Source: Takakia lepidozioides | Lineage: Eukaryota > Plantae > Bryophyta | DNA length: 64,000 nucleotides | Assembly (NCBI GenBank): GCA_030704615.1 | Contig: CM060734.1 | Span: forward strand, 37,324,001 to 37,388,000 | Reading direction: 5' to 3' | Shown here: positions 37,601 through 52,600 of the stretch, piece by piece | Layout of the letters: each line of letters begins with the position of its first letter | How positions within the stretch are numbered: the first letter of the stretch is position 1 | The notes under the pieces: model-generated | Database searches by the model: none | Told to the model about the DNA's origin: nothing | What the model saw: only the letters and a program-made list of their open reading frames with translations | Position numbers and translations under genes: made by a program

Positions 37601-40600
37601 AAGTTTCACTTTGCAGCCACTGCCTTGGACAGATTGACTAAAGGTAAGGCGGCCTCCGTCCGCCTTCAGGCCAAATGCAAGCAAATACATCTGCGTCATC
37701 CCCCAACCAAAAAGTGGCTGTTTGACACTGTCGTCAGCCCTGCTACCATCTATGGTTGTGAGTTCTGGGCACCTGGTGTCCCTGTCTCCTGGTGGGAAAA
37801 GAATTTGGAACCATTACAGTCATCTTTTCTCCAAGCAATGCTTGGCGCCAGGAGCACAACTCCATCTCAGATCCTAGGGGCAGAGTTCGCATGTGTACCA
37901 TTGCAATCCGAGGCCCTCTTCCGGCTTACAATCTTTCTCCATAGATTACAGGGCCTTCCACCCAAGGGGCTCGTGGCAAGGGCCCTCACAACATCTATGA
38001 GGCTCAAAGCTGCAGGTTTCAGGAACTCCTGGTATGCTCGAGTGGACAGTTTATTTCAACGTAACGGACTTTCTACTGCTTTCCTATTACCAATGAATCC
38101 AGAGAAGGTGGACATCACGTCCAGACATGACCGCAACAGACTCATTAGGAGAGAGCTTATGGAATTACATGTCCAGACAACTTGGAAGCTACCCAATCTC
38201 ACAACAAAGCTCCACTTCTATCGAGAGACATTCTTGGTGCTCTGCGACAATAGAATCTTGAGACCAAATTACCTTTCAGCATCCTTATCTCCTTCCCTCC
38301 TGAGGGCATTGGGGCAGTTCAGGGTGGGTTCCCACAACCTACGGATAGAGACTGGCAGATGGGAAAACCTGCAACGGGAGGACCGCCTATGTCCAGCTTG
38401 CATAGGGCGCAGCCAGGAAATCGAAACTGAAGAACACTTCTTCTTCTACTGCCCTCTATACTACGAGATCCGTGGGAGATTCCACTGTTTATTCAGTGGA
38501 ACCCAAACTCTCACTGATGTCTTCCACTATGAGGATCAAAAATGCTTGGCAGCCTACCTGCACGAGGCCTTCACCCTTCGACATTCGCTAGAACATTAAT
38601 TGTGGTTTCTGGACTTGTTCCTCTCTCATGTTTCCATTTTGTCCCATAAGCTCTATGAGCTTTCTGCGGACGTTATAAAGTACCATTTCATTTCCTTCTC
38701 AACATAATTTTATTTCCCATAACTCGGTAGCTTGATTATTGATGGTAGCTCCCAATGGTGAGAACCTTGTTTCCCTTCAGAAATGTTGTGAAAGATGAAG
38801 CCCAATCAGAGCACATTCTGATGTTGAAAAATTGACGGCAAGCAGTACAGACAAATTTGTCTCTTAGCATTTAGGGGTTGCGACCTGTTACATCTAAATG
38901 TGGTGCACTTTCCACCAGTCAGCAGTCCCTATTCTGAGACAAAGTAAGCAGATCCTTTTCAAGGATATAAAAGATAGATGCAATTGCTTCTGAGCATATC
39001 CACCCCCTTTGTTACCTGGAGGTCCTTGTACCAAAGCCAGCTGGTGCTCCGTCGCTGCACTTCCTCTCTTCCCTATAGCCGCTGCAATAGCGCAAAGCTG
39101 GCTCTCGTTGTAATCCCCTCTTAATTTGGACTGGAGAGCCATGGGTAAGCTCTGTAAACCAGTCAAGAGGGCAGATGGATCCCTCACCAAGCCTGCTGGG
39201 CACAAAATGGTAGGCAATAGGGGCAGGCTTCCAGCAGCAGAGAGGGCTTGGAATTCACGTAGCTGGGGGGTCAGGGAGAGAATACGGGTAATATGCCATT
39301 TGCTGCGGTCAACCAGCAGTCGTTTTGCCTTGACCAGGCGAGAATTGCCAGTGTGAAGGTACAGCTTCAAAAGTACAATTGTCGCACGGCTCTTGTTCTC
39401 TCTCTCCCTACGCTCCACCTGTGAAAGGAGCAGAAATTTGCTGAGTTTTCAATTAGCAGAGGAATGAACTATATCTTTCCTATGAGCAAGCAAGGCTAAC
39501 AATGTCAAAAAAAGGACATGCATATAACTCCAGAGAAATGACTCTCCACTCAATGATTCTCACTTCTATGATAACAAGAGGTTATTATTGGAGGAACAGA
39601 TTCCAAAACCTTAACATTGCAGGCAGGGAAAAACATGATTTTTGGTGCATTTGGGCTACTCTAGAAGATATACTGCACACAATATTAAATGTTTTCCTTG
39701 GGATTACTCTGCATTGAATGAGTTGACCATACCCCAGCCCATGGACAGAATGTAATTAAAAGAAACTCATTGCATGTCAAGGTGGCCCATGGGACACAGT
39801 TGGACAAGACAGAAAAGAGGGTGAATGAATGAGACGCTGAGAAAGAAGAGGAGGAAGGGCCACGGAACCAAACAGAAAGAGATAAAGAAACTAATGTATC
39901 ACATCAGTCGGAGGCCCAAGGGACACAGGTCGAACAACCAATAACCCCACTAAACCATAGAACCACAAAAGTGGGGCAGGAACAGCAATCTGTACTTGCA
40001 AAGCCTTATGGCCCCACGCACAAGCCACTTTTAAGGGGAAGGAAAAAAGCAAAAACACCTTGGCAAGCATATGGCAGCTTTGAGGTTCACCAAGACGCAG
40101 TGGCTGCCGGGTCAACAACAAGAGATCATTCTCTATGCACGCTCGTGCTGCACCATCCGCCCCTCCGTCAGCCATAAATCGCCCAAGCTGGAAGGTATCC
40201 ACGCGCTCCAGAGACATTAATCTCAGAACCCCAGTTGTCATTCCGTCCGCCAGTGCCAGCTCCCCATGAGAGCGCTGCAATTGAGCCTTGAATTCTTCCA
40301 ACACCAGTGGCTGAAATACCTCTAAATACTTCTGGGTCGACTCAAATGTAAGAGGCACCTTGACTAGTGGCTTAGAGAAGTCACTTTCAGGGCAAAATTC
40401 TCCCATCCCAGTTACAGAAAAATAGTCTATGGCGAGAATCCATTGAAACCACTCGTCCAATCGAGGAGGTGGTCCTCGGGAAGCTGGAGTACGAACACCA
40501 CCACCTAACCGACCTTGCTCTCCAGGCATTTGCAGAGTGATGATTTGGCGCCTTGGTTGATTGACATCTTTCAAGGACTGTGTTGACGGCTTTCGTGCAC

Positions 40601-43600
40601 TATCTAGGGCCTTGGCTAGTGGGTCTGAATCATTATCCATGACCAACTCTTGCAGAATGGGGTCAGTTTCTGGTATCAGGACTGGAGGAGGCCTTCGCTC
40701 AATCAACTCTTTGCGTGGTGCCACCTGCACAACAGGGTGATCACAATAATTTTTAGATGGGGAATTGAGCACACAAAGCCTATAGCAAATCCGTTGATTC
40801 TTTAACCCACTGATGATCAAAGTAGAAGCTTCCTTGTGTTAAAAAACCTGGTTTAGGTTCCTCTGAAGCAGAGAGTACCCTCAGAACTAGCCCACATTAT
40901 CACTTTCCTCCAAAATTAGTACAAACAAACATTGTAACCTACTGTTCACCAATGATACGTGTCAACCAATGCTCCCAACACAAAAGAATAACAATTAAGA
41001 GAAAGAAGATGCAAACCAATGAGTGCAGGTCTCCCTCAACCCTCATGATAAAGTTGACACAAAAAACTGCCCACTTATAACAAGAAGCCATGTGAGATAG
41101 AGAATGTGTACACAAGGAGTATCACACATTTCGACTGCCCACTCACAGGACTAATAAAGTCTCATGAGCAACCACTCAACAGCCAAATGTTTTTCTGCTT
41201 GCAAATAACTTACCTCCTGCAACCTAGCCTTCTCCAACGAAAGACGGGCCGAGACCTCTGGCAAGTGCACAGTTTTGCTAAGAACCCTCTCTCGTACTTG
41301 GCTACGGGCAGAAGGCTCTGCTGCTGCCCGCTGTTCAAGGTCCACCCGATGCTCTGCACGCAAGGAGGCAAGCTTGTTCCCGGCCTTACTGGCATTGGCC
41401 TTGGGGAGTTTTGGGGCCAGTCTGCGGAAGGTTTGCGAGACTCCTCGATTTCCTTCCCCTGTTGCCTGAAATCCTGATTGAGAATCCCAAGAGGCTGACT
41501 TTGGATCCTTTAGTAAAAATTTGTCGAGGGTTGTAAAATTGTTGCGGCCTGCCAAGTGACAATCTAATTTCAAGTCCACAATGAAGCATAGCAGTATTAA
41601 TTATGAAAATGCAGCACAAAACTATCCATATATGGGCCTATCGCAATGTACACAAGAATCATTTCAATACACTGTCACAGAATCTGATGTAACAGCTTTC
41701 ATGTGAAGAGAGGTTCAATCAAGAGAGGCGTCACTGCCAAAAAACAAAAACAGGACGGAGATGCCGAAGTCAGGGTGGTGGTACACGTTTATGGAGCTCT
41801 TATCTGTCAATCTTATATCTGTCAATCTTAGAGCATCCAACTCCGTCCCTACAATCCTTTCCTTTTAGTTCTATTTCAGAGGATTTTCCTCAACCTTTTC
41901 TTTCCCTTTCCCATTCTCAGGTTTTTGCTTTCTGCATTACAGCTCAGATTCCTAATACACGCGTCTCCCTGGAATAACTGAGTTAACTGGAATTAAGTAA
42001 GCTGACATATGACTCAAGGTTAACACCAGCAGTTCCCTATGTCTGATTTTGAGGCTACAGACCAATTCTGTAGACACGGTGATTGGGTTCTGAGCATGTG
42101 GCAATGTGTACAAGGCACTCCCTATGTTCAAGCCTGCTGTCCAGGGGGAGGAGAAAACAACCTGTGCCTGATACATAGGACTTTCTGACAGCTACAGGCC
42201 GCTTCTGTATTGGATGCTGTTGAGAGAAAAGAGATGTCAAGGGGACACTATCCTCTTCTGCAGCTGCCTCTCCTTCCTCTCCTACCACGAATTCCTCCGG
42301 TGGAAATTTCTGCGCAGCCTCCCGCCTCTCTGCCAAACAGTCCCTGGTTCTCAGTGAAGAGGCACCTACTGGACCCAACTCTAGCGGCTCAAGCATCTGA
42401 GATTTATCTGCAAGGGGCCCTGTCTCTATGACCAAGGCCCTGGGCACTGAGGTCATCTCAATGGGAATGTCCTCCTCATCTGAGTCCAAGTCGATGACAT
42501 CAGGTTTCCCAATATTGAACTCAACAGTATCATCAGCCTCTTCCAGAAAAGAAAGAGGCTTTTGTTGACCTGCTCGGACAGGTAAATTCTCCAAATCCCC
42601 CTGGTCCATGTTTCCAGGAGAAAACAATTTGAAGATGGATCCCAGCTGCAGTCTTTGATCATCCTCCAGACAACACCCTGTCATCGAGCCACAAGGAAAT
42701 TATAAACTCGAATGGACAGAACAGAGTCTTTGAGATAAGGAAAGGAAATGGAACTCCAAAGGCAGTCAGTAAGAAGTGAGCAAGTAGGAGGACAGGTAGA
42801 AAATCACATGGTGCAGTAAACAGAGTGACAGCAAGACAATCATTCAATCAGATATGGAGAAGTAAACACCTGGTTGCAGCAATTGACTGATAGTAGCACT
42901 CAACTCTGGAGAGATGGAGGGCCCACATTGTGCCAGATCCTCGACAATGGTAAAAACTGCGTCTTTCCACCATCTATGTATCGATCTCGAAGAAATTCTG
43001 CCCCACTCCACAAGTTGTTGAAACCATTTCAAGCCACCAGAACTCTGAGACATGTTAGAGCGGCGGTTGGGGACCCCAAAAAGCTGAGTCCGTACGAAAG
43101 GGGATAAGTGTTTGCAGACCAGTGGTAGCAGTTGCAGCAAACGTGTGAACGTCAACTGCACACACAAATCACCGTAAACAAATACATGCCTTCACATTCG
43201 GTGGTTCCAAGGTTGTAAAAAATGCTGGGATCTCTAGTCTAAGGCACTTCTGTAAAAGGTATCTCAATACTTCTCTTGCAAGAAAGACGGTAGACGAATG
43301 ACTAGCAGGTAGCTAAGTAGAATGACAATGTAGCTCAGCCGCATGCAAGTTGAAAAAATGGTTAAAAGAAGGAAGGGAAAAAACAACACAGAAAGAGGAT
43401 TTTATCAAACAGCAGATATATGCAAACAACTTTTGAGGATAATAAACAGGAAAAATTACTGATTACCTCCTGTCGAGCATCCTGCACATGCTCCTTGCCA
43501 TCTATAATTGCTTTGGCCAGGAGTGGCAACAGAAAAGATGACACCTGGCCACAAAGTTTTCGCCATGCACTCTCGTCTTTCTGCTGAGTCATAGCAGCTG

Positions 43601-46600
43601 GGTTCCCTTGCTGAGTCAGCAGTGTCTGCTGACTCAGCACCGGTTGTCGAAGAAAGCCCCCATCCTGAGAAGTCTTCACTGGTTGCATTTGGTTGTGGGA
43701 GCTAGAGACCCCTTCTGGAGGTCGTTGACCAAGGGTTAGCAATTTATATCCCAGGAAGAAAAGTTGGCTGAGGGCGCGGGAGCACTTTGGGAAGGGCCAC
43801 GTCAGCAACTGCCACAGAAACAACACATCCCACCAAAGGAGGCTCATAACCCCAGCGCAGGAAAGAAGGTAGAGTATATCTTCCCTTTTCTATCAGGGAA
43901 GCTTTCTTGCCATGGGCCTTTGAGGCACCCTGTGGCACTAAAAAGAATTCTTTCATTCCTTCTTGTCCCTGTCTCCTGGTGGGAAAAGAATTTGGAACCA
44001 TTACAGTCATCTTTTCTCCAAGCAATGCTTGGTGCCAGGAGCACAACTCCATCTCAGATCCTAGGTGCAGAGTTGCATGTGTACCATTGCAATCCGAGGC
44101 CCTCTTCAGGCTTACAATCTTTCTCCATAGATTGCAGGCCCTTCCACCCAAAGGGCTAGTGGCTAGGGCCCTCACAACATCTATGAGGCTCAAAGCTGCA
44201 GGTTTCAGGAACTCCTGGTATGCTCGAGTGGACAGTTTATTTCAACGTAACGGACTTTCTACTGCTTTCCTATTACCAATGAACCCAGATGAGGTGGACA
44301 TCACATCCAGACATGACCGCAACAGACTCATTCGGAGAGAGCTTATGGAATTACATGTCAAGAGAACTTGGATGCTACCCAATCTCACGACAAAGCTCCA
44401 CTTCTATCGAGAGACATTCTTGGTGCTCCGCGATGATAGAATCTTGAGACCAAATTACCTTTCAGCACCCTTATCTCCTTCCCTCTTGAGGGCATTGGGG
44501 CGGTTCAGGGTGGGTTCCCACAACCTACGGATAGAGACTGGCAGATGGGAAAACCTGCAACGGGAGGACCGCCTATGTCCAGCTTGCATAGGGCGCAGCC
44601 AGGAAATCGAAACTGAAGAACACTTCTTCTTCTACTGCCCTCTATACTACGAGATCCGTGGGGCCACTGTTTATTCAGTGGAACCCAAACTCTCACTGAT
44701 GTCTTTCACTATGAGGATCAAAAATGCTTGGCAGCCTACCTACACGAGGCCTTCACCCTTAGACAATCGCTAGAACATTAATTGTGGTTTCTGGATTTGT
44801 TCCTCTCTCATGTTTTCTTCCATTTTGTCCCATAAGCTCTACAAGCTTTCCGCCGACGTCATAAAGCACCATTTCATTTCATTTCATTGTTGCAAGGCAA
44901 TGGGCAGGGACCCTGTATTCAAGACCAAAAACTGCAGACTCTTCCTCTCTTCGCTCTCCCTCATGTAAAATTGTTGGCACAATGAATTAACTGTAGTTGA
45001 CCACTCTTCCATGTGTCAGTAGGTTGTATTGTTTCGAAGTAGTTCAAGGTCGAAGAGGGAGATTGTCTATCTCTTGTTAGTTGCCCAAATGTTTGTGCAA
45101 TGTGAGAATCTAACACAAGGTTCTGAACCTGTCACCTGCACACAGTGCATTGTCTCTCTTCACATATTCCCTACCTGCCCTTCCCAATCTGCAGGAAGAT
45201 GAACAAACCAGTTTGGAAACATGGAGCACCCCACGGCCAACAGCATTAACAGATGACTGGCTGCTGCAAAGAAGCTCAAGACCCATTTCCAAGCTACTGT
45301 CATCGGCATATCGTCGGAGCACATCCCTGCCAAAATTTCTCCAAATCTGTCCTCCAACCATGCAGAACAACACCACTCCAGTCAAACAGATATGACACCA
45401 CAAATCCGACAATGGGATCATAGTAGTCATGTGAACAGCACTGACAATTCAATTGAATTGTTTGCCAGCAGTGATACCATCTTTTAAAGTGATGCCTTTC
45501 TCCAGACAGAGCCTTCACTTAGGTATTGAAAATCTTGTTTTGAACTTCCTCTGGTCAAACCTTATAATATCTCCAGTGGAGTAACTTACTCGTCTCCATC
45601 ATCTCTGCTCCTCCTTTTTCCTGATTTTGCGATGCGGAAGGTGGAAACCACCGCGGAATGGTGGATCAAAGACCTTGCTCACCCACTTGGCCCTTGCAGG
45701 GCCAGCAGGCAGAGCAACACAACAATTTGCAGACAAACCACAGCAGAGAGAGCCCAACCTTGCAGTCATCCTCCTTCGCCCTCACAAGCCTTCTCTCATT
45801 TCATTCCATTTCATTTCTCTTAGAAATAATAAAGTTCTTTCTTTCCTTTTTAAAGCACCAATTAGCACACAGAATAGCAGTGCTGGAAGTAAATGTGCCT
45901 TCTTCTGGGAAAATATTTGAATCACTTTGATGCTAAGGTAAAAAGCTATCCTGGGCATACCAAACCACTGGCGTGTGGTCAGGCTAGGGATTGAACCGAG
46001 GACCACCCCCATTCCAGTGGGGTGCTCTACCACTGAGCTACCCATCCCGTTCTGTTCTCCGAGTGCCGTGCAAGGGCTATAGCCTTGACACCTCCAACAC
46101 TCCCCCCTCAAGGCCTATAGCCCTTATTGCTAATGTCCACCCATTCTGACCACCGCCACGACCTTGGCTCTGATACCATGTCAGAAAACCACTGGAGTGT
46201 GGTCGGGCTAGGGATTGAACCTAGGACCTACCCCATTCCGGTGCGGTGCTCTACCACTGAGCTACCTGTCCCGTTCTGTTTTCAGAGTGCCGTGCAAGGG
46301 CTATAGCCTTGACACCTCCAACAGAATCATTTGGGTGAAGCCCTTTACAGCAGTCAGCCTTCCACAATCATCTGCTCTACTCCCCAAACCCTTCCCATTC
46401 TCTCTTCCTCTCTGTCCCCTTCTCTGTCCATCCACACTGGTGCAAGGTCTATGGACTCTTAAGTACTTAGCCCCCGACCTGTATGAGGCATTCTGCCTTC
46501 CTGAAACGTCTGAGCTTTAATTTGTTCTTGGTCTCTGTATCTCTGCTATGGTGTTTGACTCGTCCCTTCGGGGATTGGCAGGCGAATGAATTGCTTTCAA

Positions 46601-49600
46601 TATCTTTCTTTCTCTGTTGCTTTTGGGCTGTTTTTTGGCTCTGGTTTTGTTTCCTCTCTTGTTTTTTCCATTTTGTCCCATAAGCTCTTCGAGCTTCCCA
46701 TGGACGTTATAAAGTACCATTTCATTTCATTTCTGCAATGGACAGTCTACTTACTGAGTTGGAATCCAGTAGTAAAAGCAGAAGAGGCTCAGCAAATCTT
46801 GGTTCCCACAACCATCCATCCACTAGTTTGCCATCCCGCAGACGACCTATATATCCATCTGCACACCTTTGAAGCACACCATCCCCAACCTTAACTTGGT
46901 GAGTCTTGAGAGAAATCAAAAATCTAGCATTTAAAATAAAGTTTGGAGAAACTTGTAAGTTGAAGGAGCTCATGTGACAGAGAACCCAAGATATCAGGCT
47001 GTATCACCTGAGTGAGCAGTCTGGCACAAAATCACGAATAACATTCATCAGTGCTTTCAAAGATTTTGAATGCAATGTCTCCACATCTCCACACTTCTTT
47101 GTCAGAAAATGGATGATTCGAAAGGGAGAAAAAGATGCCTCCAACCAGAAGGCCAGAGAAGCCCAACTTGGAAATGACCATCTTTGGTGCACCTTGTACT
47201 TCCATACTGAAATCATGTGACTGGTCTGAATAATATCTTACCTTTTGAATATACCCACCAATTCACTGCAACTGGACTCAGCTGGAAAAGCATTCACACA
47301 GGATTTAGAATCACTTTTGTCATCATAGCCTTTTGGTCTTTCCCACTGCAAAGCAGCTGCGAGGCCTTCAGAATAGGCCACCCCAGCATGGGACACCAGC
47401 AGATCATCTGCCACATAAATATGGTTGAATTTAGACCTTGTTCAACTCATTTTGAGCTTTACGTAGGCTACGCTGAGCATAATTAGCTGTTTCTTAGTAC
47501 AAACACCTAGGACTCTAGCTGCTTAGTCTGAAAGACCCAACAAACCAACAAAAGTAGAAACCTGGTGGAGGTCCGGTGGGCGGATCAACAACTGCGAGCC
47601 GTGCCAATGCCCACAAAACAGCTTTAGAAAAGCTTGCCGGATGATGGGATGGCATTGTTCCATCCAATACCTCCATCCAGAGAAGAGGCACACAGGACCA
47701 ATTCTCACTGTCCTCTCCCACTGATTCGCTGACCTTCTTGAATGAGAACCAATATTTGACATCCCCTGCCATGTCACCATCACCAGCTGTCTCCAAATCA
47801 TCATCATCACGGCTGGTATCTAGCAGATAGCTCGATAAAGATGGAGGTTCTCCAGACTTTCCTGACAAGGACGCCAGAGCAGCGGCATCTGCAACCAGGA
47901 TCGATTGGAAGAGCTCAATCGCTGGCTGACGCAGTGATTGATGAAGGCAGGTGTCTTTCAAGGTTGCAACCAACGGGGGACCCCTGTTACACATTACAAT
48001 GTCAGACTATAGGCAGTGCTGAATCACGAAGTGTGCCCGTAGAGCTCAACCCCCATACTTACAAAGTTGGACTGAGATTAAAACTTTGAAATGATGTTAG
48101 ACTATATAGACTGATGCCAATCTTCACAAACCCAATTTGAAGATCTAACATATATACATATATATATATACACATATATGTATCTGTATTTATGTGTTTG
48201 ATTACAAAATTGTGAAGAAAACACGACTGAGCCCGAGGCTGTTTGTGAGGGAAAACTTCCAGTTGGCAAACCTATGTTTCCATCCAAATGACACACTGAA
48301 CATGAAACATGTGGTGCAGTACATACCAAACATGGGCACAGTCTAAGGGTGGGAGAGGAGGGTCCATTGTATAGCCCCGCCCAATTATTGAGAATGCAAT
48401 CTGGCAATGGAAGGTCCATCAGTAATATCCTTCTTAAGAGATCACACTAGAAGTTCCCATGCTTACGCCACTGCTTAAATCTCTCACTCTTTCTCCACCT
48501 TCTACTTGTGCAAATGCCAGAGCGTCACCTGAAGAATGATATATTTTTGAAAGTGATCAAGTACGAGGCAGTCAGCTTTCTAACAATAATCTGCATGGTG
48601 GTAACCACAACACAACACAATGACACGACAGGCATATGCCTAACCATACCCAGAGATGTCATTTCAGATAACCAGCTATGTTACCTTCTTCAATAAGAAC
48701 CTTTCTCAGGTGGAATAAAGAACTGGAGGAAACCTACCACCAACTTCATAACAGATTGGATTGGCCAACAGGATGTCTTGTATAACCACCCTTTGTTAGA
48801 ACAGTTAGGAAAGCTTAGGAATGAACCAACCTGACGGGCCTTTTTGCTCGTCAGAGAAGTAAAGTTGCTGCTACATGGTACTTGCTGCAGAAGGAAGTAT
48901 AGCAGCCGGCGTCGTTGTCTCTCATACTCTCCATCCTGCAGCGCCTCTAATGACTGTCGTGTACCAAGACAACAACAGAGTGAGAGGATATAAAGATAGA
49001 AAGTGCTCATTCTATCCCTGTGCAGAAAGACCAAGCACCCAGTGTCAACAGTGCAGCAAAACAAGAAATTAGGACAAGAGAAAAGTACCCACCTCCAGGA
49101 AAGGCTGAAACAGCTCAAAAATTTTCATATGCATAAGCTCCTCGTGGGAATGAAAGCACTGACTGAGCAATGTATTGCGCATGACACCTGCTGAGAATGT
49201 GGTGCGAAGCCATAACTTGTAACCTGTTGTGCAAAAGAGAACTCTCAGCAGTGATCATCAGCTGGTTAAATCGAAGCTGGTTTGCCCCTGTAGGTCATCC
49301 ACCCTGAATCAACCTACATTCTAAAACATAAGTAGAAGTGTTCCCACACATTTACATAATACAAGCTATGTACCGCAATACTAGCCGCTAATGTGATTGA
49401 CAACCAGCATGCTGAAAATGGGCTCAATTCTGCAAGATCCAGGTGAGGTCTGAAATATAGAATGGTACCATACCAGATGAACTTACACTGTGATATGATC
49501 AGAGTTGTGATAATGCAGCAATGGATTGTCTATTAGGCATAACTAGTAGCCTGCAGGCCAACTTGAATGTACAACCAGATCTTCTACCCCATGATCTAAG

Positions 49601-52600
49601 GATCAATGTGCATTTTGGTGCCACAAACAGTCAAGTCATAGTCCATCCCCTGCCAGACACCAAAACATAGTACACTGTGCAAGGCTGTTTACCTAGAACT
49701 TCAAATAAGAGATGCAGGCATCGAAGAGCCTGCCACAACACCGTCGTGGCCTCACTAACATAATTCAGGACAATGCTCACAAAAACAGGGTACCGCTCCA
49801 CCACGCCTTCCTCGAATGCTCGGGGCTCTAGACGACCCAGTCTGCATCTCAGGTGAATACCCCCACCCGAAGAAACATTGCTCAGCTGTTGGCCTGAGAG
49901 ACCCAACCCACACAGACAACCTAAGCAGAACCAAACCATGTAATGTCTTTTGCATGTCAAATCAACTTCAAGTGGCTGTATAGATTCAAACAAAATGCAC
50001 CAGCATTCAAACAGAGTTGCTCCGTTTGCATGCACCTTTGTTGAATTGCAAACAATCACAGCTGGGCATGCCTGCCCTGCCTTCTCCTCTATGGAGTTGT
50101 TTCATAGATGTTCTTCTCCCAGAAACCTTTCAGTTTTATGTGGACATTACGAAGCTCTCTCTCTTCTTCTCTGTCTCCCAGGCGGCACTCGCTCATTGAG
50201 CAGCCATTAGGCCTCTTCAGTTGTTGCTTTGTTCATCACACAATCTTGTCCCATAAGTTCTTTCCTCAGTCTCTCTCTGCATGAGACACCTAGTTGTTCG
50301 AGCACATTTGGTGTATTTTCCATGTGGGTTGTTGTTCTATTATCCTATGGGCTCCCAGGGCCCCTTGTCGACATTACGAGGTTTCTTCCTTTCTATCTCT
50401 AATTCTATCTCTCAAACAACTCATGGAATAAATAATTTTCTTCTCTCATTATACACTTGCCTTGGCCCATGCTCTTCCTGCTTCAAATGGACAAACTAAA
50501 AAACTGTGTTTCATTCCATGAGGCTGCAAATTTCTCGGATTTTTTCTTGCCCTCCTTTCTTCTCTCTCACTATCTCTCAAGCCAACACAAGGGGGGAGAT
50601 CTGACAGGTGGAAGAGTACATGGTTGGTAGCCCCAGCCATAACCCCTCACGTGTCAAGCCAACCCTTGGCCGGCTAGTCTCCCCACGCAAGGAGTGGGAC
50701 ACTGGAGGGGCATTCCCCTTGACACCCACAGCCACACGCCCTTTTTCACCACCTTTCTTCCCGGAATCAAACACATCATTCTCCAGGCAGTGCATGACCT
50801 TTTGTAAGATGGGTTGGATCGCTTCTAAATCTTGAGCATCTCTGCCAGGAAACCAAAGAGGGTTTGTTAGAGTGTACTGTCCCTGAGACATCCCACCAAA
50901 AAAGGGCTCTTCAGTCTGCATTTTAACCAACTGCACAATCCCAATTCATTCTCACTCTCTATATAATAGGGGGGTCCAGTCAATTGCTGCTTCAGCTCAT
51001 AAGCTACATAAAGATTATGGTTTCCACTCCAACATAGTATCTGGTTAACAAATCCAGATATATTTTTGTTCTCGTTCCCTCAACGTCCAACCTCCGCGTA
51101 CTGGCCCCAATTCAGCCTGGTCAATATGCTGGCTGAAGGAAACAGGGAAGGCAACAGCTATAAGATGTCTGGGTTCCAACAGCAGTCATGTTTTACACCA
51201 TTGCCCTCACTTAAATGCAGATGGAATGCGGTTGGGCATATAAAACAAGCAGATTAAGCTTCAGAACATGCCAAAAAAAGAGGCCTTAAGAAATGTAGCA
51301 TTCATCTGCCAAGTTCAATAAGTAACCTTACTTGAAACTATCAAGTGACTTGGCAAGCCCAGTGGCAATCCGCCGCACACTCTGGTCTGCATGGAGAAGA
51401 AGCGCGTAGACACCCTGGTGAAAGACAACATAAGTATTGTGGTAAAAATGTGATGATGCTGTCCCAATTCCAGACCGCATCCACGCTTAATCTAACCAAA
51501 TTATGCCCCTCTGTCCATGAGACTTTGAATTACAGACATACGACAAATGAAAGGTGGAAATGAATAGGTACCGGATAACGCTGGCCACCTGCCAGAGTGA
51601 GATCGTGTGTTGATTCTACATACTGAAGGAAAGGTCTAAAGGCTTCATTCACTTCTGCATCTTCTAAAAGGGATGGGAACATGAGTATCTGCAACCAAAA
51701 ACCACAATCAAAGTCATGGACGCAACGTAATCGTGGGCAAGGGACGCAAAGAAAGAACCTTTATACCGCCCATGAGACAGGACAAAAATGACCATTTCAG
51801 GATACATCAAGTGACGCCATAAGATGAAGGGCATCAAGCGGGTAATTTGCAAGGCACTTTGGATCTTCAAAGCTGAAGCCTCTGCTAAGGAATGGGAATC
51901 TCTAAAATGACATCAAGATCTAAATATCTCATAATATGCAGGACAGGAGAAGGAGTGGTGGTCTGTTCCACGCCCTCCAGCGTGCGCACTGAGTAGATTG
52001 TAGCGTCTCATGGTTTATCTCTAGCCATTTTCATCCACAACCGACAAGAGCCAACTCAACAGACACCAAGGACTCGTGTGAGGGGTGTAGAAAATTTCCA
52101 AGAGAGGTAGGAGGGCAGCTATCCCTGATTTCAAGAAAGTTATCTCTGTAGAGCTTGAGAGCGGTGGTGCGTGGTCTCTCTGGGCAACATGTGTGTTGCA
52201 CATAAAACTTTGAACTTCTCATTCTTTGTTAAGTATGAGCTTTGGTGGTGGGTTGAAAGGAGGGAGACTAGTGGCATTGAGCATGCAGCGTGCAAAGAAC
52301 TTGCTCATGAGGTAGTACCAGCACATGTGGATCCTTTCTCAAATAAGTGCAGAGTTATGCGCAGTGGCCTCGCTAGCAGCCAGTCTTGTGGTAGGGACCG
52401 GATCAGAAGGAGAAAGATGATAATTCTGAAAATTGCTGAACTACTTCAGGATGCATCAGCGTATAACATCCACAGGGGGTTGGAGGGCCTATGGAAAGTA
52501 GAGAACAAGAAGAACCCACTTCAGAAAACATCAACGACTTCCAAAGACCAATTGCCTCATGCAGCTAGGCTGCCAGGCAATTCAGGTCTTCAAAGCTGCC

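Noticed and set aside
45976-46271. Two functional tRNA genes
   Set aside because: The acceptor stems are mismatched, the anticodon loop is 6 nt, and both lie inside paired LTRs with a PBS and PPT.
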